Origin: an uncultured virus (IMG/VR IMGVR_UViG_3300020046_001970)
Taxonomy: Duplodnaviria; Heunggongvirae; Uroviricota; Caudoviricetes
Reading direction: 5' to 3' (one strand)
IMG/VR virus record: IMGVR_UViG_3300020046_001970
Length of the DNA stretch: 64,000 nt
The translations under genes were made by a program, and so were the position numbers. The notes beneath the pieces were generated by a model. It saw nothing but the letters and a program-made list of their open reading frames with translations, was not told where the DNA came from and made no database searches. Of the stretch, positions 38,144 to 47,843 are shown one piece after another. The stretch's first letter is position 1. Every line of letters starts with the position of its first letter.

Positions 38144-40011
38144 CTGCTAGTCCCCTAGATGAGTGGGTTGTCATCGAGCTAAGTGCTCAAGGGGAAGAGG
38201 AGGACCCGGATACTATCCTACAGGCCATACGACGGCTCCTAAAGAGGGAGGTAGAGATTTTCCTTCCGGTGTCTATACGTACTTCCGGAGACAGTAGGGT
38301 CGTTCACAAGCTAATTGACAATTATGTCTTCGTTCGACGAACTCTACCCGATACAGCGTACCTGAGGTTGGAGGGGACACGGTATATCGACTCAGTCCTC
38401 ACTAGCAACAAGTCGACTGGCACATCAAGAAAAATTACTGGAGTGCGCAACTCTGACATAGAGAAGATGCGACGTCAGATCCATGTGGAGTGCGAACAGG
38501 GGATCAATGTTGGGGATGAGGTCCAGATTACTGGGGGCGCTTACCGCAATATTGTAGGTAAGGTGATAGAGGACATCCCAGAAACAGAGTCCGTTCAAGT
38601 TCACATTCAGCTAAGGTCAAAGGAGGCGATTGTCACACTCCCTCGATCGTTCCTAAGATTTGTCGCTAAGGGTCAGCAGCAAGCAAGCTCAGACTTTGCC
38701 CCTTTCGCCAACAAATTGACCCGCATTAGGGACTGGATTGAAGGGCTAAGGCCACTTGCTATCGTGCCCGGTAAAGTCTCACCTTTACTTGAGTGCTACG
38801 TAAGATGGCGGAGGCTAACTCAATGGTGGACCTCCCACCAGAGCCTGAAGTTCGATCCAAACCAGCTCCTACGTGGTACCAATCTCTTAGAGACTCAAAT
38901 CCTATCTAAGTTGGAGGTACTTAGGCAGCAAGTAGCACTTACGCGCAGTCGTCCTTTCTTTGAGCTTGTGGCTATTAGCAAGGGCTTAGAGCGCGCAGAC
39001 AACGTGAGGAGTAAGTTGTCCGCTACCTTAGGTAAGGTGCGGCAACTCCAGCGACTGCACCAAAGATTGGCTGCGATTAACAGTGAAGTTCGATGGCTAG
39101 AGGCTAGCCTGTTGGGTAAAGGTAGACATATGGTACAGAATGTAGTCGTAGATGGACTTAACTTGGCGTATCGAGTTTACTATGCGTACGCAGCTTCCCG
39201 AGGATATATGGCCCCTGCAACTGAGGGTACAGTCCTGGCTCAAACCTTCCTCAAGAGTCTAGCTAGCCTTAGAAAGAAGTTCGATCGCGCCAATATCTAT
39301 GTCGTGTGGGATGGCTCTTCTCAGTACCGAAGAGGGTTGTTCTCGGACTACAAGAAGGGTAGATCCTCCCCACCATGGAAAGAATCCGAGATGCAAAGTC
39401 TCAGAGAGGTTCTGTCCGGACTAAAGGTGCAACAAGTCTGTAACCCTACAGAGGAGGCGGATGACGTGATTGCTTGCCTGGTAAGAGGTCCTCTCAAAGG
39501 TCAAGCAAACGTCATTGTGTCCACAGACCGAGACTTCCTACAGCTTGTCACTCACTCCGACTTGTTGCTGGTCCCAAAGCAAGGAGCACGAGCAGAGCTT
39601 TTGTACGACCGGGATAAGGTAGTGTCGGAATTTGGCCTGGCCCCAGAGAGACTTAATCAGTACAAGGCGTTCTGTGGGGACAAATCCGACAACCTTCCTG
39701 GAGTTCCACGCGTACCGAAGAAGGTATTCGTCGACCTAATCAATACGTTCCACGACGTCGAAAGTATCTTCGCATCTAGCCTGTCCAACTTGACTGTCAA
39801 ACAGTGCGCGCAAATGCGAGGTTCCGAGGCTCAGGTGAAGTTGAACCTACACCTGGTCACGCTACGCTCTGACCTAACCTTTGAATATTTCCCTGAGTTG
39901 ACGCCAGATGAGACTGAGGGCGTACTAACGCGACATGGTGTCTCTACTACATTAGCAAGTAGTGTGAGGCGTAAGTCAGGGTTCGAAAAGGTCGGTACTT
40001 CTAACTCATAG
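38140..40011 (+). CDS. NusG/RfaH-like (NGN+KOW) domain fused to a 5'-3' exonuclease
   Basis: IFLP..LIDNYVFV, VGDEVQITGGAYRNIVGKV; then VVDGLNLAYR, YKKGR, EADDVIA, STDRDFLQL, GDKSDNLPGV. Confidence 0.85.
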   Translation: MTASPLDEWVVIELSAQGEEEDPDTILQAIRRLLKREVEIFLPVSIRTSGDSRVVHKLIDNYVFVRRTLPDTAYLRLEGTRYIDSVLTSNKSTGTSRKITGVRNSDIEKMRRQIHVECEQGINVGDEVQITGGAYRNIVGKVIEDIPETESVQVHIQLRSKEAIVTLPRSFLRFVAKGQQQASSDFAPFANKLTRIRDWIEGLRPLAIVPGKVSPLLECYVRWRRLTQWWTSHQSLKFDPNQLLRGTNLLETQILSKLEVLRQQVALTRSRPFFELVAISKGLERADNVRSKLSATLGKVRQLQRLHQRLAAINSEVRWLEASLLGKGRHMVQNVVVDGLNLAYRVYYAYAASRGYMAPATEGTVLAQTFLKSLASLRKKFDRANIYVVWDGSSQYRRGLFSDYKKGRSSPPWKESEMQSLREVLSGLKVQQVCNPTEEADDVIACLVRGPLKGQANVIVSTDRDFLQLVTHSDLLLVPKQGARAELLYDRDKVVSEFGLAPERLNQYKAFCGDKSDNLPGVPRVPKKVFVDLINTFHDVESIFASSLSNLTVKQCAQMRGSEAQVKLNLHLVTLRSDLTFEYFPELTPDETEGVLTRHGVSTTLASSVRRKSGFEKVGTSNS

Positions 40012-40158
40012 CATTCCACGTAGATTGAGGGGGTATCTGGAGATTATAGACGATTAGCTAATTTTGGTTGGATCTTTTGGGTGTGTTGTGGCAGAGTTAC
40101 CTCTAGTAGCTTTGAGTGGGTACTTTTGTGCCTTGCTCGTTACAAGAGGTCTAAAGCC

Positions 40159-40773
40159 ATGGCAGACGGGTACCTTATCCTTGTAGACCCAACTGAGTTA
40201 GCAAATCGATTCTCCACTCAACCCAAAGAATTTGAGGAGGAGGAACCTGAAGTAAGTACGAGTATGGCTCTGAGCTATGAGAGCCAGATTCAACCTCTAT
40301 TAGACCGGATCCCTAAAAGGGAGGCGGATCTCATGGAGTTGTACTACATGCAAAAGAAACGTCAGGCAGACCTTGCCGAGATCTTTGGGGTGACCCAAGC
40401 TGCAATCAGCTACAGGTTGAACCGAGGACTCCAGCGAATTAGGTTCCTGCTGTCGATCCCAACCCTCAGTGAAGATGGGTTACGTCAGGACCTCCCAGAG
40501 GTGCCATTTAAGCCGACTGACGTTAACATTCTTGTGGGTATGTGGCAAACAACTTGCCAGTCTGAAGTAGCTTCCAAGTTAGGCCTAACTCAAGGTAGAG
40601 TTAGGCATCGTTTTTTTGGGGCTGTAGTAGTCCTAGAGAAGAGGGCTGCGGAGGACCCTAAGTTCGTCCCCTACTCCAAGGTCTTCAGTTCCATTGCGAA
40701 CAAAAATTTCAACGTTTTACGCGAAGTTAAATTGCCACAATGGCAGGGACGAGGCGGAGACGGCTGTTTTTAG
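40159..40773 (+). CDS. sigma region-4-like double-HTH protein
   Basis: QADLAEIFGVTQAAISYRL and QSEVASKLGLTQGRVRHR. Confidence 0.75.
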   Translation: MADGYLILVDPTELANRFSTQPKEFEEEEPEVSTSMALSYESQIQPLLDRIPKREADLMELYYMQKKRQADLAEIFGVTQAAISYRLNRGLQRIRFLLSIPTLSEDGLRQDLPEVPFKPTDVNILVGMWQTTCQSEVASKLGLTQGRVRHRFFGAVVVLEKRAAEDPKFVPYSKVFSSIANKNFNVLREVKLPQWQGRGGDGCF

Positions 40774-40812
40774 TTGGGTTTGTGTGTCACCTAAAGACAA
40801 CCTCGAAAAGGT

Positions 40813-40840
40813 TTGACTCAGTGGTCGCGAGAGCTATACT
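40813..40840 (+). promoter_or_regulatory. sigma70-type promoter, probably leaderless transcript
   Basis: TTGACT-16 bp-TATACT, ATG six nt later (40847). Confidence 0.6.
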
Positions 40841-40846
40841 GAGCCC

Positions 40847-40960
40847 ATGTACCTGAAACATGGACTCAGTAACACGCCAGAGTATAAGTGTTGGCAGCAA
40901 ATAAAGGCTCGCTGTATGAACTCCAACCACCGAGCGCGCCTCGCGGGGCTGCCATGTTGA
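40847..40960 (+). pseudogene. 5' fragment of the interrupted HNH gene
   Basis: MYLKHGLSNTPEYKCWQQIKARCMNSNHRA matches the HG..TPE(Y/F)..W..K.RC.N unit repeated in 41662..42717. Confidence 0.88.
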
Positions 40961-41693
40961 AGCCGTTTTTCCCGTTCTACGGGTCCAAGTGGCGCGATGC
41001 AAAGCGCTACCCTGCGCCTCGCGAGATGGTCATCGAGCCTTTTGCTGGGTCGGCCGGATACGCGACATTTCACGAGCCTGCGCGCGTGATTCTGAACGAC
41101 TTCGATCCCATCCTCGTTGGAGTGTGGGACTACCTGATCCACGTCTCGCCGGCAGAGGTGCTCGCGCTCCCCGACCTCGACGTCGGGCAGAACGTGGATA
41201 GCCTTTCGCTCCCGCAGGAGGCACGATGGCTCATCGGCTTCTGGCTCAACCGTGGATCGTCGCAACCCAAGAAGACGAAAACGGCGTTTTCTGCGCGTAC
41301 CGAGCGAGCGCAACTTGTGTGGTCCCAGCGGGCGCGCGAGCGAATCGCCTCGCAGGTGGGCCGCATTCGTCACTGGGAGATCCGATACGGCGGTTACGAA
41401 TCGGTCCCGATGGCCGAAGCCACATACTTCGTTGACCCGCCGTACCTCGGCAAGGGGCGATTCTATCGCTTCCACGATGTAGACTATCCGCGCCTCGCGG
41501 CATGGTGTCGACGCATGCCAGGCGACGTCATTGCCTGCGAGAACGTCGGCGCGGACTGGCTCCCGTTCGAGCCGCTGGCCGTGATCAAAAGCACGAAGGG
41601 AACATCGGTGGAGGTCGTATTTTCGCGCCTCGCGGGGCTGGAGGTGGCGAAGTGAAGTATCATGCGAACGCCATCGGAAACGGAGAGGCGCGC
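40936..41693 (+). mobile_element. 758-bp GC-rich insertion carrying a DNA adenine methyltransferase
   Basis: removal restores the HNH frame; ends GCGCGCCTC/GAGGCGCGC inverted repeat; abrupt GC shift. Confidence 0.8.
40954..41655 (+). CDS. Dam-like (alpha class) DNA adenine methyltransferase
   Basis: FPFYGSK, IEPFAGSAG, LND, FVDPPY. Confidence 0.9.
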   Translation: MLKPFFPFYGSKWRDAKRYPAPREMVIEPFAGSAGYATFHEPARVILNDFDPILVGVWDYLIHVSPAEVLALPDLDVGQNVDSLSLPQEARWLIGFWLNRGSSQPKKTKTAFSARTERAQLVWSQRARERIASQVGRIRHWEIRYGGYESVPMAEATYFVDPPYLGKGRFYRFHDVDYPRLAAWCRRMPGDVIACENVGADWLPFEPLAVIKSTKGTSVEVVFSRLAGLEVAK

Positions 41694-42717
41694 TTACCTA
41701 GATTATGGTGGTCGTGGGGTAACGATCTTTGATGGGTGGGTTAAAGACTTCAGGGCCTTCTTGGCTCATGTTGGTCCCCGTCCTTCTGATGGTCATTCGT
41801 TGGATAGGTACCCTAACCTCAACGGTAACTATGAGCCTGGTAATGTCCGTTGGGCTACAGATAAGGAACAGAACAACAACCGTCGTCCTCACCGGAAGCA
41901 TGGTGTGAAGCTTTGTTCGAGGCCCGTTCGGACTGACGGTAAGCCTACTAACTTCAAGCACGGTGGAGTTGGGACTCCAGAATATCGGGCGTGGTCTCTG
42001 ATGAAGGACCGTTGTTTGAATCCGAAGAGTGGTAACTATCCATATTGGGGTGGTCGGGGCATCAAGATTCACGAACCATGGATCGTAGACTTTCTGGTTT
42101 TTTACCAATACATTGGTCCCCGCCCCTCGCCTCAGCACTCGCTGGATCGAATCGACAATAATGCGGATTACCAACCTGGGAATGTTCGTTGGGCCACAAA
42201 GTTGGAGCAAACAGAGAACAGGCGTCCGTGTAAGGTAGGACCTACTCACGGCAATTTTGACCACGGTTACACTGGCACTCCAGAGTTCAAGACTTGGACG
42301 AGCATCAAGACTCGATGCTTCAACGAGAAGCATGACCGTTATGTCTCCTACGGTGGAGCTGGCATCACGATGTGTCAGCGATGGAAGAGCAGTTTCCCTG
42401 CCTTCTTTGAGGACCTTGGATCAAAGCCAACCTCAGAGCACACAATCCTTCGAGAGAGTCAAGAGGGGCATTACTCTTGTGGAGGGTGTACGGAGTGTCT
42501 TGAAAAGGGCTGGAAGCTCAATGCACGTTGGGCTACACGAACCGAAGTTAACCGAAACCGCCGCCCTTCTACGAGGTCCGGTAAGCTCACCCTAGAGAAG
42601 GTGCAAGACATCCGTGCTCGTATCCTTAAGGGTGAGACGCACAAGCAACTCGCTGAAGTGTTTATGGTGGGCGTTACCTTGATTGGAAAGATAGCTAGAC
42701 GTGAAATCTGGCTTTAG
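41662..42717 (+). CDS. HNH homing-endonuclease-like protein, three tandem units plus HTH (3' part of the interrupted gene)
   Basis: repeated (Y/W)GG(R/A)G(I/V), SLDR..N..Y.PGNVRWAT; C-terminal HTH. Confidence 0.85.
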   Translation: MRTPSETERRAYLDYGGRGVTIFDGWVKDFRAFLAHVGPRPSDGHSLDRYPNLNGNYEPGNVRWATDKEQNNNRRPHRKHGVKLCSRPVRTDGKPTNFKHGGVGTPEYRAWSLMKDRCLNPKSGNYPYWGGRGIKIHEPWIVDFLVFYQYIGPRPSPQHSLDRIDNNADYQPGNVRWATKLEQTENRRPCKVGPTHGNFDHGYTGTPEFKTWTSIKTRCFNEKHDRYVSYGGAGITMCQRWKSSFPAFFEDLGSKPTSEHTILRESQEGHYSCGGCTECLEKGWKLNARWATRTEVNRNRRPSTRSGKLTLEKVQDIRARILKGETHKQLAEVFMVGVTLIGKIARREIWL

Positions 42718-42728
42718 AGGTAGCGACC

Positions 42729-42851
42729 ATGTCTACAATCTGGCGTATTGTCCACAACGTAGTTGCTCACCCCCTCTTGGAACTTCTACCCGCTCGTTGG
42801 GGGGATTCGTTTCACGATTGGACCGCCCACAAAGCGTGGGGTAAGGAGTGA
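42729..42851 (+). CDS. small hypothetical protein (40 aa)
   Basis: GAGG RBS; MSTIWRIVHNVVAHPLLE..FHDWTA. Confidence 0.5.
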   Translation: MSTIWRIVHNVVAHPLLELLPARWGDSFHDWTAHKAWGKE

Positions 42852-42905
42852 GAGGGTCAGAGGTGTTGAGGTTCCTTTTATGCTATTCTTGTTAAGAGGG
42901 ACCCT

Positions 42906-43811
42906 GTGCCACTTATCTCAAACTTAAGGTACCACGACTACCAGTTTGAATTACCTGTTTCCAGTGGGAAATGGAAGTGGGTAACTCGACTTGACGTGTC
43001 GCAGTCCAGTCCAGCCTTCTACATTAGGGATGTGATCTCTCCCTACGGGTTGCTGCGAGACTCGATTCCTATCCCTGGGGAAGTTGTCCAGTCGATGGCT
43101 CAGTCCATCCAAGACCTTAAGGACAACTTCAAACCGCATATCCTTGTAGGACCTCCAACCTCCTTGACCTTTTTGGTCGATGAAGGTCGAGGGACTTCTT
43201 TGCCCCAGACTCTCATTCTCACCAATGATGGAGTTTACGGTTCGCTACTTGGGATGAGCTTGACGCCGTCAGCTGCTTACGTGAGAGTGACTCCAGGTAG
43301 TGTGGGTAACCTAGCGTTCAACGCGTCAGGTCAGATCTCTGTGGACGTAAATTCCACCAACCTACTATCAGCGAACTCTCCTTATGCCGAGAGCATCACA
43401 ATTCAGGACTCAACGGCAACAAATAGTCCTCGTAATCTTCCGATTACCATTGTGGTTAGACCCAAAGCTACAATCCGGGTAACGCCAAGCCTACTCTTTA
43501 CCTTTACGGTAGCTAAGCCGCTTACTGGAGACTTCCCAGCTATCCCAGCGCAAACCTTTAACGTGGCCAATATCGGCCCTACCGGGTCGGTACTAGAGTA
43601 CACGGTCAAGAAACTCTTAGGTCTCTCGGATTGGCTACCGAGCTTCCTACCCTCTTCTGGTACTCTCACTACCGTAACCTCTGATACAGTAACGGTAACG
43701 GTAGCTCCAGCGAGTACGCTACTAGTTGGCACCTATACCGAGAAGTTGCGCGTTGCTGGGTATAGCTCAAATTCGTACATCGACGTTGAGATTCGTCTTG
43801 TGATTGTGTGA
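42906..43811 (+). CDS. putative virion protein with Ig/BACON-like domains
   Basis: two beta-rich repeats, S/T/V/P-rich, WL....SGTL. Confidence 0.6.
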   Translation: MPLISNLRYHDYQFELPVSSGKWKWVTRLDVSQSSPAFYIRDVISPYGLLRDSIPIPGEVVQSMAQSIQDLKDNFKPHILVGPPTSLTFLVDEGRGTSLPQTLILTNDGVYGSLLGMSLTPSAAYVRVTPGSVGNLAFNASGQISVDVNSTNLLSANSPYAESITIQDSTATNSPRNLPITIVVRPKATIRVTPSLLFTFTVAKPLTGDFPAIPAQTFNVANIGPTGSVLEYTVKKLLGLSDWLPSFLPSSGTLTTVTSDTVTVTVAPASTLLVGTYTEKLRVAGYSSNSYIDVEIRLVIV

Positions 43812-43817
43812 GGAAAT

Positions 43818-44087
43818 ATGGCTAAGAACTTCGACCTAGGTCAATTTCAGGTGCAAGGGGCTACAGGATTCGATGCCTTCTTTTCTCGCGAGGGGGCTCA
43901 GATCGTCACCCCTACTCACCGTCGAAAAGTAGCCTCTATCCAGGATCTCAAAGAGTTCATACGAGTGGGAGCAGACCAGCTGATCCACAAGTCTGAGCGA
44001 GACTTGTGGTCAATCAAAAAAGAGGGGGATGGAAGTCTCTCGATTGAGCGCCAGTTTGACGACAACGGACAACCTCTAAAGTTTTAA
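43818..44087 (+). CDS. hypothetical (head module)
   Basis: GAGG RBS. Confidence 0.7.
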   Translation: MAKNFDLGQFQVQGATGFDAFFSREGAQIVTPTHRRKVASIQDLKEFIRVGADQLIHKSERDLWSIKKEGDGSLSIERQFDDNGQPLKF

Positions 44088-44100
44088 GGTACCTACCAAG

Positions 44101-45429
44101 ATGGATGTCCGCAAGAAAGTTCGAGTAATCCTAGCACGAGAGGAAGCTGAAAACCCGCTTCCTCCAGAGGAGACGTCGTTTGTGGGTGGTGGGAAAAGAG
44201 ATATTCCCCCTAAGCACAAGTTCGACCCCAAGGCTCTTAAGCCCCTCTCTAGGACTCTACTTTCTGCGAGCGTTGCGCTTGGGCACTCTGTTACAGCCTT
44301 CAAAGAGTTTACTCGAATCAAGTCCTCTAGTATCTCCCCAGATGGTAAGCTTGGGGGTCGGGGTTACGTACTAGAAGTGAAGGAGGTACGGGCGAAGTTG
44401 CAACAAGCTTGCGAGCTACTTTCTTCCGTGACAGACACGATGTTCGATGAGATCAACGCCCCACATTGGACTCCGAGCCTTGGGGAGTTGGATGTGAACG
44501 AGGCTGAGGATATCACGGAGCTAGTGGAAGAGGCTGGTGATGTTCTGGAGAACCCTGAGAAAGCTGGGGAGAAGGACATAGACGCCATAGAGAGTAAGAA
44601 TGATGGTCCTGGAGGGTCCTCCAACAGCACCCTGTGGAAAGACACGGAGAAGGGTAAAGCCTCAGAGGTCCCCAATGGGGGAGCCAAAGAGCAGGGGACT
44701 CAAGCAAGGCCGTTCGGTCAAGTAAAGCAAGCCAATAGCTCTCTTCCCGTAGACACTCTTCCTGGCCCTAGGGTGAACCACTTGGACCGTGGAGACCAGT
44801 TGGGGCCAGAGGGGTCCTACAATCTAGATGAACCCCTCGTTGAGGATGCTTGGGGGATGTCTAGCACCCTAGAGCCGATCTACGGGGAGAAGTGGGCTAC
44901 CGGGGATGCCTGGGGAGAGGCTGCCATCCCTGACGGTAACGACGGCGTAGCTACAGACGCAAATGATTTTGGGCTGGGATTTGGAGCCAAAGGTCAAGGT
45001 TCTGGGGGTTACGGAGTTACAGCCCCAGACGGGCGAGGAGTTTGGGGACCTGCTAGCGACCTTCCACACGACCCAGCAGGACCTACAACGGCCCCTCAAG
45101 AGGACCCTTTTGTGAATGGAGTTGGGCGAAACGTTTGGGCATCGAGTGACTCTTGGGGTGTTGCGAAGCTACCCACGGACAGTCCCGTTGCACGGTCTGA
45201 TTACTACGATGGGGACAAAGGTGGTAATCAGTTCAACGTTCTAACGGGGGACTCTCAACTACCTGGACAGGATGTCTCGTTCAAAGTAGATATCAATCTA
45301 CCTAACGTAGGGTACTCATACGAGCGACAAGACGTCCCATACGCTAAGTACGACTCTAGTACGCACTCTCATCGCCACGATCAACAAGACTTGTGGAATG
45401 ACGAAAACTTTGATAGGGTAGGTAAGTAA
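44101..45429 (+). CDS. hypothetical Gly/Asp-rich protein (head module)
   Basis: 442-aa ORF. Confidence 0.8.
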   Translation: MDVRKKVRVILAREEAENPLPPEETSFVGGGKRDIPPKHKFDPKALKPLSRTLLSASVALGHSVTAFKEFTRIKSSSISPDGKLGGRGYVLEVKEVRAKLQQACELLSSVTDTMFDEINAPHWTPSLGELDVNEAEDITELVEEAGDVLENPEKAGEKDIDAIESKNDGPGGSSNSTLWKDTEKGKASEVPNGGAKEQGTQARPFGQVKQANSSLPVDTLPGPRVNHLDRGDQLGPEGSYNLDEPLVEDAWGMSSTLEPIYGEKWATGDAWGEAAIPDGNDGVATDANDFGLGFGAKGQGSGGYGVTAPDGRGVWGPASDLPHDPAGPTTAPQEDPFVNGVGRNVWASSDSWGVAKLPTDSPVARSDYYDGDKGGNQFNVLTGDSQLPGQDVSFKVDINLPNVGYSYERQDVPYAKYDSSTHSHRHDQQDLWNDENFDRVGK

Positions 45430-45430
45430 C

Positions 45431-47440
45431 ATGTCTGATCTAGGTAACATTTCTGACCTCCTTAAGGAGGGTTCGGTAGCGGACCTTGATTGGCTCGACG
45501 TTAACGAAAAAGACTACCGAGCTTTGGACACCCTACCTACGCAGAATCTCGATATAGCTCCTGACTTAGAGGCTATGTGGGCACATGAGGATAAGTCCGC
45601 AACAAACTACCTCGTCCCAAATACTGGAGCACCTCGAACCCTAAGTGACTTGAGCGAAGCTCATACCAAGAGTGCGTCGGTACCTCAAGTTGCCAAGGTG
45701 GCTCGATTTGCAATCATGCAGTCGACAAACTCCAATAAGATTGCACATGCCATCACCTCCAGGTTCGATGCAGGTACAATTCGATCAGCCAAAAGCGCCT
45801 TAGGTCAAGTCCTACAGGAAAAAGGCTTGCTGGGTGGGTACTACATTGCGGCATCTGACTTTGATGGGTGTAACCAAGCCGCTCAGAAGGTAGTCGCCTT
45901 TACTCGTAAGTTTGCAGGTGGGGCTAGATTCGTACTAGCCAAGGACAAGTGCCAAGGCTGCGTACACAATGCTGGCGGGGCTTGCGGTGTTTTCCAGAAG
46001 CAGTTGGTCACTGAGGTTCCCTACACGGAAGAGCTTGCAGTTGCCGTCGAGAACTCTCAGGCGTCTCAAGGGAAGCAGGCCTCTCAAGGTGTCGGATCAC
46101 CTAAGGCTCGTATTCAACGCGCCCTATTGGCGAAGGATGTAAGGGTTGTAGCTGTTGAGACCCCTAAGCCAATCCTAAATCCAGCTCAGCAACTCAGGCC
46201 AGTGAAAGCTACAGGTAGGGTTCACCTACCTGTAGTTGAGAGTCAGAGAGCTAGTCTTGCTGTGGCAGACCAAGTTTGGGTCCCACCTCAACCAAGTGGT
46301 AAAGTGGCAGCTACTTCGGCTCCATCTCACCACCTAAGCAAAACAGCTTTCGAGGTAAAAGCCCTTCTGCAACGAGAGATGCTTAGGGGTCGAGGAGAGC
46401 AGGATTTGCTATCTGCGTTGAAGCTGTCTTTCAGTGTGGCAGACCTCAAGGCAACGAGATCGGACTGGGAGCCCCTCTTCAAAGAAGCTGGCTTCTTTGG
46501 TACTGTGTACTCGACTCAAACTGCCTTTGATGATTGCCACCAGGGGGCAGACTTCCTTGCGAAGCACAATGCTTCTGTCAAGTCGATCGTAGCTGGAGGT
46601 AAGTGCCAAGGGTGCATCTACAACAAGCTAGCTCGTTGTATGCTCTACGGCCGCCCACTCGTAGCTAAGGCAGAGGACGCCCTGACTTCTGAGGTGGTTC
46701 AGAATGTCATTTGGGAGCATAGACTCGCGGGTCGATTGGAGACTGGGGCGGACAAGGTTGTATGGGGAGACACCCCTAAGCAGGCACTGAAGGAGATATA
46801 CCGTCAGGCCTCAACCAAGCCAACGGTTGACACTACAAGGTATGTAGAGCAAGCGTTTAGAGGTAAGGATCACGGTCACGTAACTGCTGGTCTAACCAAG
46901 CGGGAGATCGTTAAGACAGCATCCAAGTACCTAAACGAGGGTTTGTACGGGACCCAGCTAAGAGAGGCCCTTAAGCGTCAATTTGACCCTAGGGATATCG
47001 TAGCTGCAAAGCAGGAACTGAAATCCGTCCTAGCTGAGCAGGGACTACAGGGCATATTCTACGTAGACCCCATGGTCTATGGGGACTATGCCAAAGGGTG
47101 TGATGAGGGTGCTAGGTATCATCGAGCGCGACTTGTCCCCTACGTCAAGTTGGGGTCTGGTTGCGAGAGCTGTGTACTTCAGACTCGTGTAGGCCATTGC
47201 TCGAAGTACAACAAGCCTCTTGTTGTGGAGCCTCCATACACCGATAAGCAGGCCCAGCAGAGAGAGATCCTGGCAACCGGGGAGTCTACAAAGGCAGACC
47301 TTGGTAGCCTCATGCACAATAGCCCGTCTATCTTGGCTCAGTTTGAGATGCAGGCAGGAGTAAATGAGCTGACTCTGAACCCAACTACAAGCAAGTCCAC
47401 TGTAACCGTGGAGCTTGGTGGGATAGAGTTTGACCTATGA
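45431..47440 (+). CDS. hypothetical protein with three Cys-rich repeats
   Basis: three (E.G..G..Y)-(C)-(CxxC-x5/6-C..+.LV) units. Confidence 0.8.
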   Translation: MSDLGNISDLLKEGSVADLDWLDVNEKDYRALDTLPTQNLDIAPDLEAMWAHEDKSATNYLVPNTGAPRTLSDLSEAHTKSASVPQVAKVARFAIMQSTNSNKIAHAITSRFDAGTIRSAKSALGQVLQEKGLLGGYYIAASDFDGCNQAAQKVVAFTRKFAGGARFVLAKDKCQGCVHNAGGACGVFQKQLVTEVPYTEELAVAVENSQASQGKQASQGVGSPKARIQRALLAKDVRVVAVETPKPILNPAQQLRPVKATGRVHLPVVESQRASLAVADQVWVPPQPSGKVAATSAPSHHLSKTAFEVKALLQREMLRGRGEQDLLSALKLSFSVADLKATRSDWEPLFKEAGFFGTVYSTQTAFDDCHQGADFLAKHNASVKSIVAGGKCQGCIYNKLARCMLYGRPLVAKAEDALTSEVVQNVIWEHRLAGRLETGADKVVWGDTPKQALKEIYRQASTKPTVDTTRYVEQAFRGKDHGHVTAGLTKREIVKTASKYLNEGLYGTQLREALKRQFDPRDIVAAKQELKSVLAEQGLQGIFYVDPMVYGDYAKGCDEGARYHRARLVPYVKLGSGCESCVLQTRVGHCSKYNKPLVVEPPYTDKQAQQREILATGESTKADLGSLMHNSPSILAQFEMQAGVNELTLNPTTSKSTVTVELGGIEFDL

Positions 47441-47835
47441 GCGATGACACGCTCCTTCTCAGGGTAGCTGCTAGGTTTCTTCGTGCGGATCAGCCCTCAG
47501 GGCAACGCAAGAAGGACAAGGCCTTAGTAAAGCCCGTGAACAAGCTAAAGGGTATTGGTAAGTCTACCACGAAAGATCATGGTAAGGCTATGTCCGATGG
47601 GCATGACGATACCGTATCGCCAAATCGCAAGGACTTGAGACCCGAAGATCTGTTTATCCCAAAGCCTGATCAGGTCGGAGTGCGAAACTTAGCTGAAACT
47701 GGTAAGGACCTCTCGAAGGCTATCAAAAACCAGATACCTAAGGATAGAGGGTACGCTACGGTGCGAAATCTATCCCAGTACTTGATCGAAACAGCAGGTG
47801 GGGGAGGTACTCCCCCCGTGAACGTAAAGAAGTAG
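47437..47835 (+). CDS. basic hypothetical protein
   Basis: coupled to the previous gene; RVAARF motif. Confidence 0.7.
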   Translation: MSDDTLLLRVAARFLRADQPSGQRKKDKALVKPVNKLKGIGKSTTKDHGKAMSDGHDDTVSPNRKDLRPEDLFIPKPDQVGVRNLAETGKDLSKAIKNQIPKDRGYATVRNLSQYLIETAGGGGTPPVNVKK

Positions 47836-47843
47836 GAGTTCAA

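Noticed and set aside
40787..41732. Many overlapping ORFs on both strands, including 40834..41475 (-)
   Set aside because: Shadow frames of the GC-rich methyltransferase cassette with no motifs.
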